This document shows, piece after piece, positions 28,640-42,779 of a DNA stretch of 64,000 nucleotides (position 1 is its first letter; each line of letters begins with the position of its first letter). The notes below the pieces were generated by a model. It searched no databases. It was not told the DNA's origin and saw nothing but the letters and a program-made list of their open reading frames with translations. The position numbers and the translations under genes are program-made. Origin of the DNA: Octopus vulgaris (Eukaryota); contig OX597827.1 of the NCBI GenBank assembly GCA_951406725.2, forward strand, positions 47,740,001 to 47,804,000. The letters run 5' to 3'.

Positions 28640-29085
28640 TATTCTTTATTTGTTTAAGTTATTTGACTGCGGCCATGCTGGAGCACTGCATTTAGTCGAG
28701 CAAATCGACCCCAGGACTTATTCTTTGTACATTTAAATTTGGGATTCATGTATGGATGACTTATTCTTTGTACGCCTAGTACTTTTTTCTATCGATCTCT
28801 CTTGCCGAACCGCTAAGTTACGGGAACGTAAACACACCAGCATCGGTTGTCAAACGATGGGGAGATACAAATACAAACACAAACACAAAAACTTATACAT
28901 ACATATATACATATACATATACACGACGGGCTTATTTCAGTTTCCGTCTACCAAATCCACTCACAGGGGTTTGGTCGGACCAAGGCTATAGTAGAAAACA
29001 CTTGCCCAAGGTGCCACGCAGTTAGACTGAACGGGGAAACATGTAGTTGGTAAGCAAGCTACTTACCACACAGCCACTCCTGAGC
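28640..29085 (-). mobile_element. SINE family A
   Basis: Near full-length reverse copy with internal duplication of GACTTATTCTTTGTAC. Confidence 0.85.
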
Positions 29086-29783
29086 CTTTTTACGTTGTAT
29101 TGAAATATGAGTTTTTAATTTTGGCACCAGACCGGCAATTTCGATCATAGGGGTGCAGCCAAATACATCGACCCTAGAGCTCAATCGTCACTTGTTTTAA
29201 CCGACCACAAAAAGATGAAAGGCAAAACGACCTCGGCGGCAAAACAACTCAGAATATGAAGGATTTTGTCCGGTGTACTAACGATCCCGCCAGTACGCTG
29301 TATTGAAATAGAGATTTCAAATTTTGGCACAAGGTAAGTTTGTATCGAAATTTTGAGAAGGAAACCAAAATGGCAAGAAATGTAATGTGGATATCTTAGA
29401 ATTTTATTTACTAATCAAGTGGTTTTGATTTCAGTCCTGCAGCGCCTGGGACGAATATCTTCTTTAATTCCAGGTCAACTAAATCTTTTTGAGTGAATTA
29501 GGTAGACGGAAACTAAAAGAAGCCCATCCTGTATGTATTTTACCCCCGTGACTGTTTGGCGATCGCTGTTGACTTCTTAACATACCTATAACCAAGCGGT
29601 TCAGCACAAGATACCAATAGAATGTGTAACGGACTTTAAAATGTTAAGTGATGGCGTCAAATCGTTCCTCTAAAACTCTTGAAGGAGGCATCCCAGTATG
29701 GCCGCAGTCCAATGACTGAAAGAAGTGAAAGAAAAAATCTTTTAAATGAATACGGCAAGTTCGCTAGAATCTGACGAAACAGT

Positions 29784-30078
29784 TTTTCAGCAAGACATGA
29801 ACCCATGTGAATTCTGTATGAAAAGTTTAAAAGATCATAAAATCCATTTTCTACATTGACTTAGAAATTGTACTTAATCCGAGAGAAAATTTATGGCGAC
29901 CAATCAAGAGACATGTATTGATTCAGTAAGCCATCAACAAAACACTAATGACTGAAACGGTCATTAATGCCAGGTACAAAATCGTAAATTCTGAAGAGTT
30001 GAAGAATATAATTGCTTCCACGCAACGGAAAATTAAAGAAATAATTAAAATAAAAGGCTATCATGCTAAATACAAGTA
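29784..30078 (+). pseudogene. Tc1-like transposase C-terminal fragment
   Basis: FQQD..PC, LNP.ENLW and ETVINARY..NIIASTQRKIKEIIKIKGYHAKY resemble the Tc1 DD34E C-terminus (SPDLNPIENLW...SM..R...VI..KG..TKY). Confidence 0.75.
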
Positions 30079-30490
30079 TAAAACATCGTATAGTAAATTA
30101 AATAAAAACAGCGCAGACTTTCTAATAGGTTTCATATAGCAATGCCTTTGTTGACATTCATGTTTTCGTGTGTTTAAGTCTCTTAGATACTCAGTCAATG
30201 AACAATATAAATTTGGATGTAACATGCAGTGGAGAACAATAAAATGGCCATGATGAAGAGAGAAAATTATACAATTTGAAAAAACACAAATAATGGATAA
30301 TAGAAATAAAGGAAAAGAAAATATTGGATTTTCTCTTAGCTTCTCACTTTCGATACATATGCAAACATGCAGCCATAAATGGAAAGCCGTACATGTACAG
30401 AAACACGCGCTCATGATCAAACTCAGTGTGTATTTATATACACACACATACACATGGTCATATACACATATACAAAGACGTACATATAAT

Positions 30491-30590
30491 CAGTGGCGAA
30501 CTGGGTTTAGAAATATTGGTTGCCAGGAGATTAAGCGGGTCCAGCCGCAAGTACAAGGGGGCCCACCCGCAACTACAATGCAATCATTTA

Positions 30591-30654
<64 letters not shown>

Positions 30655-30880
30655 TTATTTTTATTATTATTGTTGTTGTTGTTGTTGTTGTTAAAAGTAT
30701 TCTTTTCAACTGTCTACAGCCAGGCTGAAATAATGCATTCTTCTTGGAGTGAATAAACAATTCTCAAACTTGAGGTGATGGGCCACTTAGATGCTAACAT
30801 GTGCCCTCATATATGGATTCTATTGGCGCAGGGACCAACTTACCATCAGGCAAGCTGGTAACATGGCTAGTCTGCCACTG
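30491..30880. mobile_element. hAT-type MITE
   Basis: TIRs CAGTGGCGAACTGG / CTAGTCTGCCACTG and an 8-bp TSD-like CATATAAT / TATATAAT. Confidence 0.7.
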
Positions 30881-31170
30881 TATATAATCATATACACATC
30901 CACCATACTCACCTGACCTTGTCCCCACTGACTACCACTTCTTCCAGAAGTTAGAAAACTTTTTGATAGGTAAAGAAATTTCCAAGATTTTATTGACTCT
31001 AGATTTCCAGGCTTTTGCAGTTCCGGATTGGACAAACTACCGCTGAAATGGCAAAAGTGTATTGACAATAAATGTGCATATTTTGATGAATTAAACTATT
31101 CCTTGTATTTATAAAACGTTAGCAAACTTTTTTTTCTATTCTACAAAAATCATACTTGACGACCTAATAA

Positions 31171-31226
<56 letters not shown>

Positions 31227-31316
31227 TGATGACGATGATGATGATGATGACGATGATGAAGATGATGATGATGATGATAATATTAAAGAGAAGGAATTTT
31301 TTAAAAATATATATAC

Positions 31317-31364
<48 letters not shown>

Positions 31365-32140
31365 ATACATACACACACATGCGTACATACGTACATACAT
31401 ACATATATACATACATACATACATACGTACGTACATACAAGAGGTCTAGATACTCATGTATACATTCTTTTTTGTTGTGTATAACTGTGTGCCGCTATAT
31501 TTTTTACTTGCCTGAATGAGTGTTTGCGAATTTCACATAGACACATATATCTCTTAAGCCATCATCGTTCAGAAACAGACACGCACAAATGCACACACGA
31601 CACGCATATATTCTCTTATCTACATATGAACATTTCTGAAGAAAGAAATCGTAGGTGTAGGTGGATTGTTCTGTTGTGTAACATTGCTATTAATCTATAT
31701 GAAATATAAAGTATATACATCAGAAAGTTGTCTTACTGAAACATTAAAGCGGATATTTTTAATGAGTGGTTGTCATCCGGTGCAGACTGATTTATTAGAT
31801 AGAAGTATCTGCACGGATTATATAGTTCTGAAATATTATATATATAATATTAATATTGTAATGCTTTTACAGTATAATGATGTGTTGGGCAGTGTTGATT
31901 TAAGAAACAGTCTTAACTATGGTAAGTATTTGTACGTAACGAAATATAAAATGACCTTTGCATGTGTGAGTAGGAGTTGTATGCTCCAAATTTACGTGTA
32001 GGCATTGTAGAGAGAAATACATAGCTACGAAATACATGTAAACACATACTTACATATATAAATGTATGTATGAATGTTAGTGTAAGCATATATGTATACA
32101 TATCTGTATATGTTTATGTAGAAACATGTATAGCTAGACA

Positions 32141-32277
<137 letters not shown>

Positions 32278-32372
32278 CGGGAAGGTTTACGAAAATAAAC
32301 AAAAGACGAAAGCAGGTGGAGTACAAACAGACAATGTATTAGTATGGCGCTCAGGAATAGAAATAAAACAAG

Positions 32373-32410
32373 TCTTTTACGTTTCGAACCTCCGCTCTTC
32401 GACAGAAAGA
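32373..32410 (-). ncRNA. Minimal hammerhead-like motif, CUGUCGA core variant, in element 32278-32468
   Basis: UCUUU-CUGUCGA-A-GAGC GGAG GUUC-GAAA-CG-UA-AAAGA. The element lies between (TA)n and (CTAT)n. Confidence 0.65.
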
Positions 32411-32467
32411 TACACAGAAAAGAAACAAGAAGAGAAAAAAATTGCATGTAGGGGCTAACGATCCAAC

Positions 32468-32564
<97 letters not shown>

Positions 32565-33960
32565 ATTGTCTGCATGTTTGTCTGTTTATCTATCTATCCA
32601 TCTATCTATCTGTCTATCTATGATTTTATCATGAGGATTCTTTAGGATCAGGTCACATCAATTTGAAGGATGTCAATGATAATAAAAAAGGATATGGTAG
32701 CATGATACTATAGTAGAAGACACTTTCGTAGGGTGCCACGCAGTGGGACTGAACCCTAAACCCGGAACCATAAAGAAGCAAGCTTGTTTATTTCATTTTA
32801 TATTGCCATAAATACCTTACATAGAGATATGGTAGATATAGAAGCATCTAATCCAACTTAAACAACAAAATCCGATTCAGGGTGGGTCATTGTTGTGACC
32901 TATATATATATAAATAAAATCGCGTTTAAAATTAAGCACTGCCGTTTATTTTACTTAAATTTATTTAATGCACTCATAAAAAGATTACATCGTCATACAT
33001 AATACTCCATCATCAGGTAAAATTCTAAACAGGTATGATTTTGCATAAGTTCATAGCTGGGCTAGTGATGCGTTTAAGTTTTACATTCGAATGTATGGGA
33101 GAATTTGAATGTTTGTTTACTTCATTGACCTTTTTAAATTTGCTGCGACATTAAACATGGTCATCACACATTTGTTGATATGGGCAAGCTCTATGAACCT
33201 AGGTCAGTAAGACTCAATGAGGAAAACTAAGTGACATTTTCACAGAGAAGACAGAAAGAGATCATACAAATATGCTATCTAAATTCACTTACCTAACTTA
33301 GTTTATGGTTTAATACTGGCACGACTCATCTAAGAATCAATAGACGGAGCGGTTCCAGAAGTTGTGATTAAGAAGTCGTTAAAATTATTCTCAGTTAAAG
33401 GGGGGAAAGTCAAGGAGTTCATTGACCACAATCAAACAGTCGTCAGCGTTCACCCTCTTCCTACTTAAATACAATAGAAGCGCACACGCACAGACACACA
33501 CACACATACAAACGAACACACGCACACACAAATATATATTTACGCATTATATATATAGTGAGAGAGAGATGCACACATACAGGGAGAAAGAGAGGGAGAG
33601 AGAGGCATACACACACACTTATCACAGTACATATAACTACAGATAAGCATGTAACTACCATGAATATGATATCTATGTGTATATATACAAATACACAAAC
33701 ATACATATGCATCTATATGCATGTGTGTATACGTGTGTGTGTGTACTTACAATATATATATATCTGTGTGTGTGTGTGTGTGTGTGTGTTCGCGTGTGTG
33801 TTGTGTACATATAGATGCAGAAATAAACAAGTGGCTTTTGAGTTGTTTTGACTCTTGTTTCTAGCAATAACTGGTGCTGGTCAGTACCCTCCGTCACTTT
33901 TTTGACCTTTATTAATTTTGCTTTTAGGTTCAAATGCTAGTAAGCCACCCATTTAATTTG

Positions 33961-34011
<51 letters not shown>

Positions 34012-34452
34012 TACAAATATATTTGTGTGTGTGTGATAAACATATTTCAACTAACCTAAATTGTGATTATACGCAAATACTGCTTAGCGCCATTGCTATC
34101 TTGGGGGCACTAAAGTTCATTAATGTAATTGTCAGCATGTATGCCATGGAGACACATGGAGCACGTTCGCGCCAGCCTGGAAGCATTCGCGCTTTGTTTT
34201 TCAATCTCAAAGTTTATAATCGAATTATAATAAGAGATATATTATGCGCCATTATTTACGAATACATCGCTTGCCGTAATGTCGGTGTTTTGACCACCTA
34301 CGATTATGATCATGATACAGGTAACGCTTTTCCAATATTCAGATGGCTTCCAAACTTCTATATCAGTTGACATTATCTCGACTATATCTATGATTATCAT
34401 GCCCTTCAACACCGTTGAATGTTCACCAATATATGAATATCTATCTATCTAA

Positions 34453-34492
<40 letters not shown>

Positions 34493-34581
34493 ATATATCT
34501 ATCTATCTATCTATCTATATATCTATCTATCTATCTATCTATCTATATGTCTGTCTATCTGTCTATCTATCTTTCTGTCTT

Positions 34582-34696
<115 letters not shown>

Positions 34697-34754
34697 GCCA
34701 TGATTGACCGCTAACTCTAAAAGTTTTTTATTCTCTCTCTATTTATTTTCTTCC

Positions 34755-34788
34755 TTTCTGTTGAAGAGGATAGGCTCGAAACGTAAAA
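34755..34788 (+). ncRNA. Minimal hammerhead-like motif, CUGUUGA core variant, in TA-flanked element 34693-34875
   Basis: UUU-CUGUUGA-A-GAG GAUAGG CUC-GAAA-CG-UA-AAA. Confidence 0.6.
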
Positions 34789-34873
34789 AAAACTTTCTCA
34801 CCTTCCCGAGCGTCAAACTAATACACCTGTTATTTATACACCTGTCGTTTCTTGTTTTTCTCTAAATTTCAAC

Positions 34874-34948
<75 letters not shown>

Positions 34949-35033
34949 ATAAGGGTGAAAAGGAACACACGAGTTGATATATATGAAAAAACAAGTCCAA
35001 ATAGAAAATGCTAAAATAATTTTATAAAGAACA

Positions 35034-35077
35034 TTTCAGTACCGGATTCGGTCATTTTGAGACCTTTTCAACTGTAA
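35034..35077 (-). ncRNA. Minimal hammerhead with U3-A8 core (UUGAAAA), in microsatellite-flanked element 34951-35409
   Basis: UUACAG-UUGAAAA-GGUC UCAAAAU GACC-GAAU-CCGG-UA-CUGAAA, with one substitution in GAAA. Confidence 0.6.
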
Positions 35078-35407
35078 CGATTAAATAATTAAATTTAGAA
35101 AAATTATAAGAAAAATTTTTTAAAGGAATATTTGTATAGTGTTGAAGTATAAGTGGCATTCTGCCTTTCTCTGACTCCCTTGTTTGCACTTGTGTGTTCG
35201 AGGTCGTTGTGAATTCTTGGTAGGGTAGAAGAAGAAGAAGGCTGATGAGGAGAGGGGGTGGAAAAATTTGGGAGTACCTTGATTGTTGTATTTTGAATGG
35301 TCAGTGACGGCTAGCAGTTGCAGTTCAATTCAGGAGTTATATTTCTATTGAGGGGTTTGTTTATGGAATTTGCGTAGGTGTTTTACTAAAAAGCATTTAC
35401 TAAAAAG

Positions 35408-35475
<68 letters not shown>

Positions 35476-35479
35476 TTTT

Positions 35480-35830
35480 GTACGTTTCATTCTTTTGGCT
35501 GCGGCCATGCTGGACCACAGACTTTGGTCGAACGAATCGACCACAAGACTTACTCTTTGTAAGCCGAGTACTTATTCTATCAGTGTCTTTGACGAACCGC
35601 TAATTTTTGGGGGCAAAATCATACTGACATCGGCTGTCAAGCGTTGGTGGTAGGGGAAAAACACAAACGGAAAGGCACACAAAAATATATGTGCATATAA
35701 TTATACATATGCGCGACGGACTTCTTTCAGTTTTTGTCTACCAAATGCACTCACAAGGTTTTGATCGGCATGATACCATAATAAAATACACTTTCCTAGG
35801 CTGCCACGCAGTGGGACTGAACCCTGAACC
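35480..35830 (-). mobile_element. SINE family A
   Basis: CTGCGGCCATGCTGGA ... GCCACGCAGTGGGACTGAACC. Confidence 0.8.
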
Positions 35831-37074
35831 CGAAACCATAAAGAAGGAATCTTGGTCGTTTCATTTTATATTGGTCATAAAGGCCTTACATAGATTTAGG
35901 AAGCTGCGGGCTGGACACAGATATAATGTTATATGAAATGAAAATGATGATTAATGGGGGAAAAAGCGATGCCCACGGATCGTTTTTTTCCCGAGAACAT
36001 TCATCTCTTATTTTATTCATGCAGTAAGAAACCTCTTACATTGTCCACAATTCAATAACAAAATGAGACACTAAGCCTCTTACCAGTTTTTATTTTTCAA
36101 ACTAGGAACTTTCAATAACACTGAGGCTTTTCAACCTCTTAAGTTGTGCTTCAATAATTCACGACGTTGGTATGCAAAGACGTGAAGCCAGCAGCGAAGA
36201 AGGACGCGTCCACACAGTAGTGAGGGAAGCAAGCTTCTTACCACCCAGCCACGCCTGCGCCTAAACCTCTCACTACAGTCACATTGATGAAAATCTCGCC
36301 GTTGAAAAGGATAAAATACGGGGGGTGGGGTGGCATATCACACGCGTAAAAATTGTATAATGAAGTGAAATGTGCCAATATATGATACTGAAGCTATTCC
36401 AATGTCACGAGCGGGAGCCTTTATTATAGGGATGAAATGTAATTAGGAGAAATTTTAGAGGAAAATGTTAATGGAAGAAATATAACATGCGGAAATTCTT
36501 TATCTGTTTACCTGCCAGGCCTAAATCTAAAACTAATTTGCGTAGTTGTAAGGAAGGACCGGAAGTCGGGGAGAATCTGTGACTGCATAACAAAGAATGG
36601 GAAAAGCGTGGTAAAAGAGGGAGTAAAAGAAATCAAAAATAAGTCAGGAGGGATATGGGGAAAATGCGAAATATTGAAGGGAAAGAAGAATGTGTAAAAG
36701 AGAGGAGAAAGCCAGGAAAGAACTAGTGATGGGGTGAATGTGGTCGGTTGGCTGGTGGTTTTTAATAATATACAATAGTAGTTCCTGGTGGCTTTCAAAG
36801 AAAAGGAATTTCATTTTTGATTAGTCAGGTGATTTATTAGTTAGATATTCGTGTCAGTTTCAATATCTCTGATGAACTCACGAATGCCTGGTGGCGGGCA
36901 AGATTTATCTCTTGCAATTAAAGATAAGTGCCAGGGCAGCTAAATTATTGCTGTTATTTCTTGTCAATATAACAACCCGGCCATTGTTGCAGGAAGCATA
37001 AAAGCAGTAAAAGTACTGTAATATAGGTTATGTTCTTTTTTAGAAGAAAGTAAAATGAAAGGATAGTTTCAACT

Positions 37075-37870
37075 TTAGGCATCAGGCCAACAATTTCGAA
37101 GTAGGGCACAGGTCAATTTCATCGACCCACCTACTTTACTAGTATTTATTTTACCTACCTTGGAAGGGTGAAAGGCAAAGTCGACTTCTGCAGTATTGAA
37201 CTCAGAACGTATATAGGTACGAAATGGCGCTAAGCATTTTGCCCGGCGTGCTAACGATTCTGCCAGCTCGTTGCCTTAGCAATACGAAATATTCATTTCA
37301 CATTTTAGCACAAGGCCAGCAAGTTTTGGGGAAGTGGGTGAGATCGATTACACCGATTCCAGTGCTTAACTGGTACTTATTTTATCGACCCCGAAAGGAT
37401 GAAAGGCAAAGTCAACCTTGGTGAAATTTGAAACCAGAACGTAAAGCCGGACGATGTCTCGCTAGACTTATTGCGCGGCATACAAACGATTGTGCCAGTG
37501 CGTCTCCTTAGCAATACAAAATGATGAAATAGATTTTGGTACAGTTCAGTGAGATTTTTTGATAAGTATCACATTTTGATTCTAATATTCAATATTGAAT
37601 CTTTTGAGTCAGTTTAAAAGTTTCAAAAAAATCATGTAAAACCCGCAATTCCATAGCAGCAGTATAGTTCATAAGAGATCAAATGAAGGAGCCGACACTT
37701 GGTTGCTGGACTTGTGATAAATAACAGCACTGGTACTTTATTTATCGACGCCGAAAGGATGAAAGGCAAAGTCGACCTCGGCGGATTTTGAACTCAGAAC
37801 GTAACGGCAGACGAAATACGGCTACGCATTTCGCCCGGCGTGCTAACGGTTCTGGCAGCTCGCCGCCTTA
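37075..37870 (-). mobile_element. Cluster of SINE family B copies (37075-37510 tandem; 37728-37870)
   Basis: Repeated GAAAGGCAAAGTCGACCTCGGCGGA.TTTGAACTCAGAACGTA core. Confidence 0.85.
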
Positions 37871-38367
37871 TTATAAACCAACCAACATTATAATTTAATG
37901 AGTTGTATCTTGTGCTGATCGAAAATTCACTTTCGGAACAACATTGTATCAATTTACATATTTTTAGACTAGCATGATTTCTCTATTCAGGCTTTTAAAC
38001 TGCGTGTGTTATAAACGAAATCACTGATCTCTGAGGAACGCCTGTCAGCGAATTCAACTGCAAAAATCTCAGTATTGAATCTGCATAAGGGAGAAATCTC
38101 TCCCTCTATTAAAGATTCATCTTACTTATTTCAGTTTGTGTCAGAATGAAGTTATAAAAATTCCGAATTCCTGAATAATTTATGTTATGCTGACGTTGGC
38201 TGAATTTGACAAACTATTTGCTGGCGGATTGTGAGGTGTGAAGATAATGGTTACAAAATAGTCTTAAACAGCTGTCTTGAAACATATAGATAAATTCAAT
38301 AGAATGTAATTATTTACACTGAGGGATGACAATAATGGAGATAATTGCACAAACACACACTGTCACA

Positions 38368-38426
<59 letters not shown>

Positions 38427-38473
38427 ACATTTGCGCATATATATGCATACACACATATATAAAGATTTACCTG

Positions 38474-38511
<38 letters not shown>

Positions 38512-38613
38512 GTTTGTATCTACGTATGAGTGCATATATATATATATATTTTTTAAATTTTATATACAGGTAAATCTTTATATATGTGTGTATGCATATA
38601 TATGCGCAAATGT
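38427..38613. repeat. ~55-bp perfect inverted repeat spanning TA tracts
   Basis: 38427-38481 is the reverse complement of 38559-38613. Confidence 0.85.
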
Positions 38614-39597
38614 GTATGTACTAACATGGATGCACACAAACACTCACGTACATACACACACACGTACAGACACAAACACCTATACATATGTCTATATCTG
38701 TGTGTTAGAGTAATATTTAAAAAGAAAGATGTAACAATTTATACACAACTAGATTTCGTCTTTGCATAATTACTTAGTCATGAATCAAAATTACATTAGA
38801 TTTTGATAAAATAATAATTCTCTGAACCAGAAATCAAAATATAGAGTATAAAATTCCCATTACACATATGTACACGCTGATTATTTGGCTGTCGGCTGGG
38901 TGAAGTCAAGCGTTGTTGTAATCAACCTGTTGGAATCATAATCTTATGGTTGTGCTTTCGATTCTCGAACTGGGCTGCGTGTACTTGGGCGAGTCACTTT
39001 TACACGTTGTTCCTATTGACACAGTAGAAACAGCTGACCAGTAATATGCGTACATATTTTAACAAAACAACTTGTCAAGGCTCTGCTTGTAAAGTAATTC
39101 ATATTAAAATAACAGTACGTTTGCAAGCGAAGTAAGTTAGAAAGTGGACAGTAAAGCAATCATTTAGAATTTCAGATTTTAATTTCAATGTTAGTAAAAG
39201 CTATATCCGTATATGTTGTAAAGTCACCCAAGAAATACTTGTTTTGTACGAAAGAGAAGCTAACTCGTTAAAGTCGTTAGCGCATTGAATGTTCTCACTC
39301 TTGGAGTTTTGAGCTCAAAAACAGCCGAAGTCAGATTGGATTTTCCCCTTCTCCGTATTGATAAAACATACCAAGTGTATGAAAATGGAACCAAATGATT
39401 TGAGGTATCTGATCCAGATATTTGCTGCTCATTCGCTATTTGTCTCAATACCTTACGTGACATATTCTTTGTTTTAGCAAAGCGGACACTATCAGTTGTA
39501 TTTAAAATATTTCCTTATCAAGAGATCAATGTTCTCCCACTAGTTCTGAAGGACCTATCAAGGATTATGGGCTCTACTTTCCATTTTTAATAACAAC

Positions 39598-39634
<37 letters not shown>

Positions 39635-39636
39635 GA

Positions 39637-39933
39637 TGCGCAATGGCCTAGTGGTTAGGGCAGCGGACTCGCGGTTTCGATTCCCAGACCGAGCGTTGTG
39701 AGTGTTTATTGAGCGAAAACACCTAAAGCTCCACAAGGTTCCGGCAGGGTGGTGGTGGTGGTGATCCCTGCTGTACTCTTTCGTCACAACTTTCTCTCAC
39801 TCTTTCTACTGTTGGCCTGCTCGCTTAGCCAACGGGGTGGCGTCATTTGAAGGCTAAAACAATGCGAGGCGCATTGTGACCAGCGGTGTGTAACAACATC
39901 TGATAGCCTGGTTGGTCACGGTGATCACGGTGA
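39637..39933 (+). mobile_element. tRNA-derived SINE family C
   Basis: GCGCAATGGCCTAGTGGTTAGG (A box), GGTTTCGATTCCC (B box) and tail GGTCACGGTGATCACGGTGAT. Confidence 0.85.
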
Positions 39934-40571
39934 TATATATATAGTTTGAAAGTATTTGCTGTCGACTACATGCTGATTTGTTTAGATGTATGTGTGCATA
40001 TATATATAGCTCGTTAGGGTTCGCTAAAGTTGCATTGTCTGCTAAGAGTAAATGTGCTGCATTAGACAATGAGTTACGTTTCAAATCTTATTAGCTACAT
40101 CCCTTACAAGTGTGGACTTCACACGACCGTGACTGAAACACGTATAGGCCCTAAAAAAGAAAAAAACTAACAAACACATAGGTTTATGCGAAAAATGTAT
40201 TGCTTTCTCACCATCGGATTTGAAAAGATTTAAACATTAGTAAGGTGACTTCCCTTCTAAGGAAATATTTGATAAAGCACCCCATACTATAATAGTGGTG
40301 TGGTCGACAGTAACTTTAAAATCATATTATATATTACACACCCGACGCAAAATAAAAACAGGTTAAAATTAGACCTAGTAAAATTATAGAAACCGATTGA
40401 CTTCTCAGTACTAATATAGGTAAAAAAATCCTAGCTTTGATAGATATAATTTCTTCGATAGCTATAGATATATCAGGAAATCATTAATAGACGTTCCGTT
40501 AAAGTTATCTACAGCTGCATCTCTAACATGCAAAACAGAATTTTAGTAACCCGTTAAATAGTATCACTCCA

Positions 40572-40961
40572 AAGTTGAGGCGCAATGGCCCAGTGGTTAG
40601 GGCAGCGGACTCGCGGTCGTAGGATCGCGGTTTCGATTCCCAGACCGGGCGTTGTGAGTGTTTATGGAGCGAAAACGCCTATAGCTCCACGAGGCTCCGG
40701 CAGGGGATTGTGGTGATCCCTGCTGTACTCTTTCACCACAACTTTCTCTTACTCTTACTTCCTGTTTCTGTTGTACCTGTATTTCAAAGGGCCGGCCTTG
40801 TCACTCTCTGTGTCACGCTGAATATCCCCGAGAACTACGTTAAGGGTACACGTGTCTGTGGAGTGCTCAGACACTTACACGTTAGTTTCACGAGCAGGCT
40901 GTTCCGTTGATCGGATCAAAAGGAACCCTCATCGTCGTAACCGACGGAGTGCCCCCCCCCC
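40572..40961 (+). mobile_element. SINE family C with 13-bp target site duplication
   Basis: TAGTATCACTCCA at 40559-40571 and 40962-40974; tRNA-like head. Confidence 0.9.
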
Positions 40962-41841
40962 TAGTATCACTCCATACTGCAACAGCAAAGACCCAGACAC
41001 TCGCTCAATAGAAGACGTATTCATGTTTACCCCAGGCGCACACAGAGACGAGGCCATTTCTGTTCTACCAAATAAGGGACCCAAAAGGAAAAAAAAAAAA
41101 ACTCGCATATTAGTGTGTGAGAAAATGATTTCAAAACAATATACATCAAAGGACCAGGTGTGTAAAACGTAAGATAAACTTGAAATATTGCAAAACATAA
41201 CCGGGAAAGGAATGAGACAAATAAATCATAACTATCAAGTGAAGCATTGCAGAAAGATTTAGGCCATACATTACTTGGTCCAAATAATTCAGGTTTTGTC
41301 CTTTCTAAATTCCATCTCAGAGATTTTTATATGTACGCATCATGACAAATGTTTGTTGACGTAGACACAGAGACTAACGTACGCTATTCAACCCACATTC
41401 GATGATTCTTACCAGGCATGGTTATTTTAGAATTAAATTCTCAAAATGAACAATATCCATCATAAACAATATCCATCTTCTAATAATGTGCATAAACTTT
41501 ATTCCATTTACCTTTAATATCATGTTTTTGTTTTCTAGTGAGTTTTTTTCGTTGTCTTTTCTCGCATTTCCACTCCGAATAGCCTTGTCATTACCATACC
41601 GGATCACGCGCGGTATACTACAGAAACCTATCATATTTCTTCAAAATCCCGGCATCAAAATTGAGTAGACCATCTAAACTTCTGTATGCATTGTCACTAT
41701 ATCGATCAGAATATTTGACGTTCTAAAACACAGCTGGTCACAATGCACTTCCTATCTTTGTTTTAGCTTTCAAGGTATACTTATCTCTCTCTAGATTGAT
41801 CACTTTCCCCTGATCCTACTAATAAGCAAACAGCATTATCG

Positions 41842-41872
<31 letters not shown>

Positions 41873-42383
41873 TATGTATGAATATATATATATATATGTG
41901 TGTGTGTATATGTATATGTGTGTGTATGTATGTATGTATATGTACGTGTGTATGTATGTATATGCATGTGTGTGTATAATACACACACACACTCACACGT
42001 ATATATGTGACAGTTCATTATGTACATGAAAATAATACTCTCTATTTTATTTGAAGTCTTCTCCCAAGTAATATCTCGATAAATTGAACAAGACAGGAAA
42101 GTATGAGTATGGAAATTATTGACAATAAATTGACAATCATCCTTGTAATATTAAGCTCCATGGAAATTCAAGCCATCCAAATAAGGTATATACCAATGTT
42201 TTTGTCCCTATAATTATTTTCCAGATCATTCCCAATCTTGGATTTATAATGACACACAATCTTTCACACATGAACAAACGTGCGCATAAATACACATCCA
42301 CACACACACACACACACACATGCATGTTTATTATATATATATTATATCAACATACATGTACTTACATCTATATGTCTATCTAA

Positions 42384-42421
<38 letters not shown>

Positions 42422-42484
42422 ATGTATATATGCATATATATATATTTATATGTATTATATGCATATATATACATGCATATATAC

Positions 42485-42540
<56 letters not shown>

Positions 42541-42554
42541 GCACACACATACGT

Positions 42555-42722
42555 ATGCACATATGGGTAGAGGACGTCACCAACAGTAAACAACATGAAT
42601 ATGAAAACAAGTGTTTTCAATACGCAAGCAACGAGAGAAACAAATGGAAAACAAGACAAGTAACATAAAGAACGACCATTCATCAGTTGTTGGCTGTCTA
42701 CCTACTCCTCATTTCGAGCATT
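42555..42722 (-). mobile_element. CTGATGAAGGG-family fragment between TA/CA tracts
   Basis: Minus strand: GCTCGAAATGAGG..CAACAACTGATGAATGG..GTTGGTGACGTCCT. Confidence 0.7.
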
Positions 42723-42728
42723 CTACGC

Positions 42729-42779
<51 letters not shown>

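Noticed and set aside
32900-33030. Minus-strand UUAC-CUGAUGA-UGG in a TA-ended segment
   Set aside because: No GAAA or helix III; at most a deleted remnant.
36508-36798. 96-aa minus ORF in purine-skewed segment
   Set aside because: No recognisable motif; possibly old LINE debris but not supportable.
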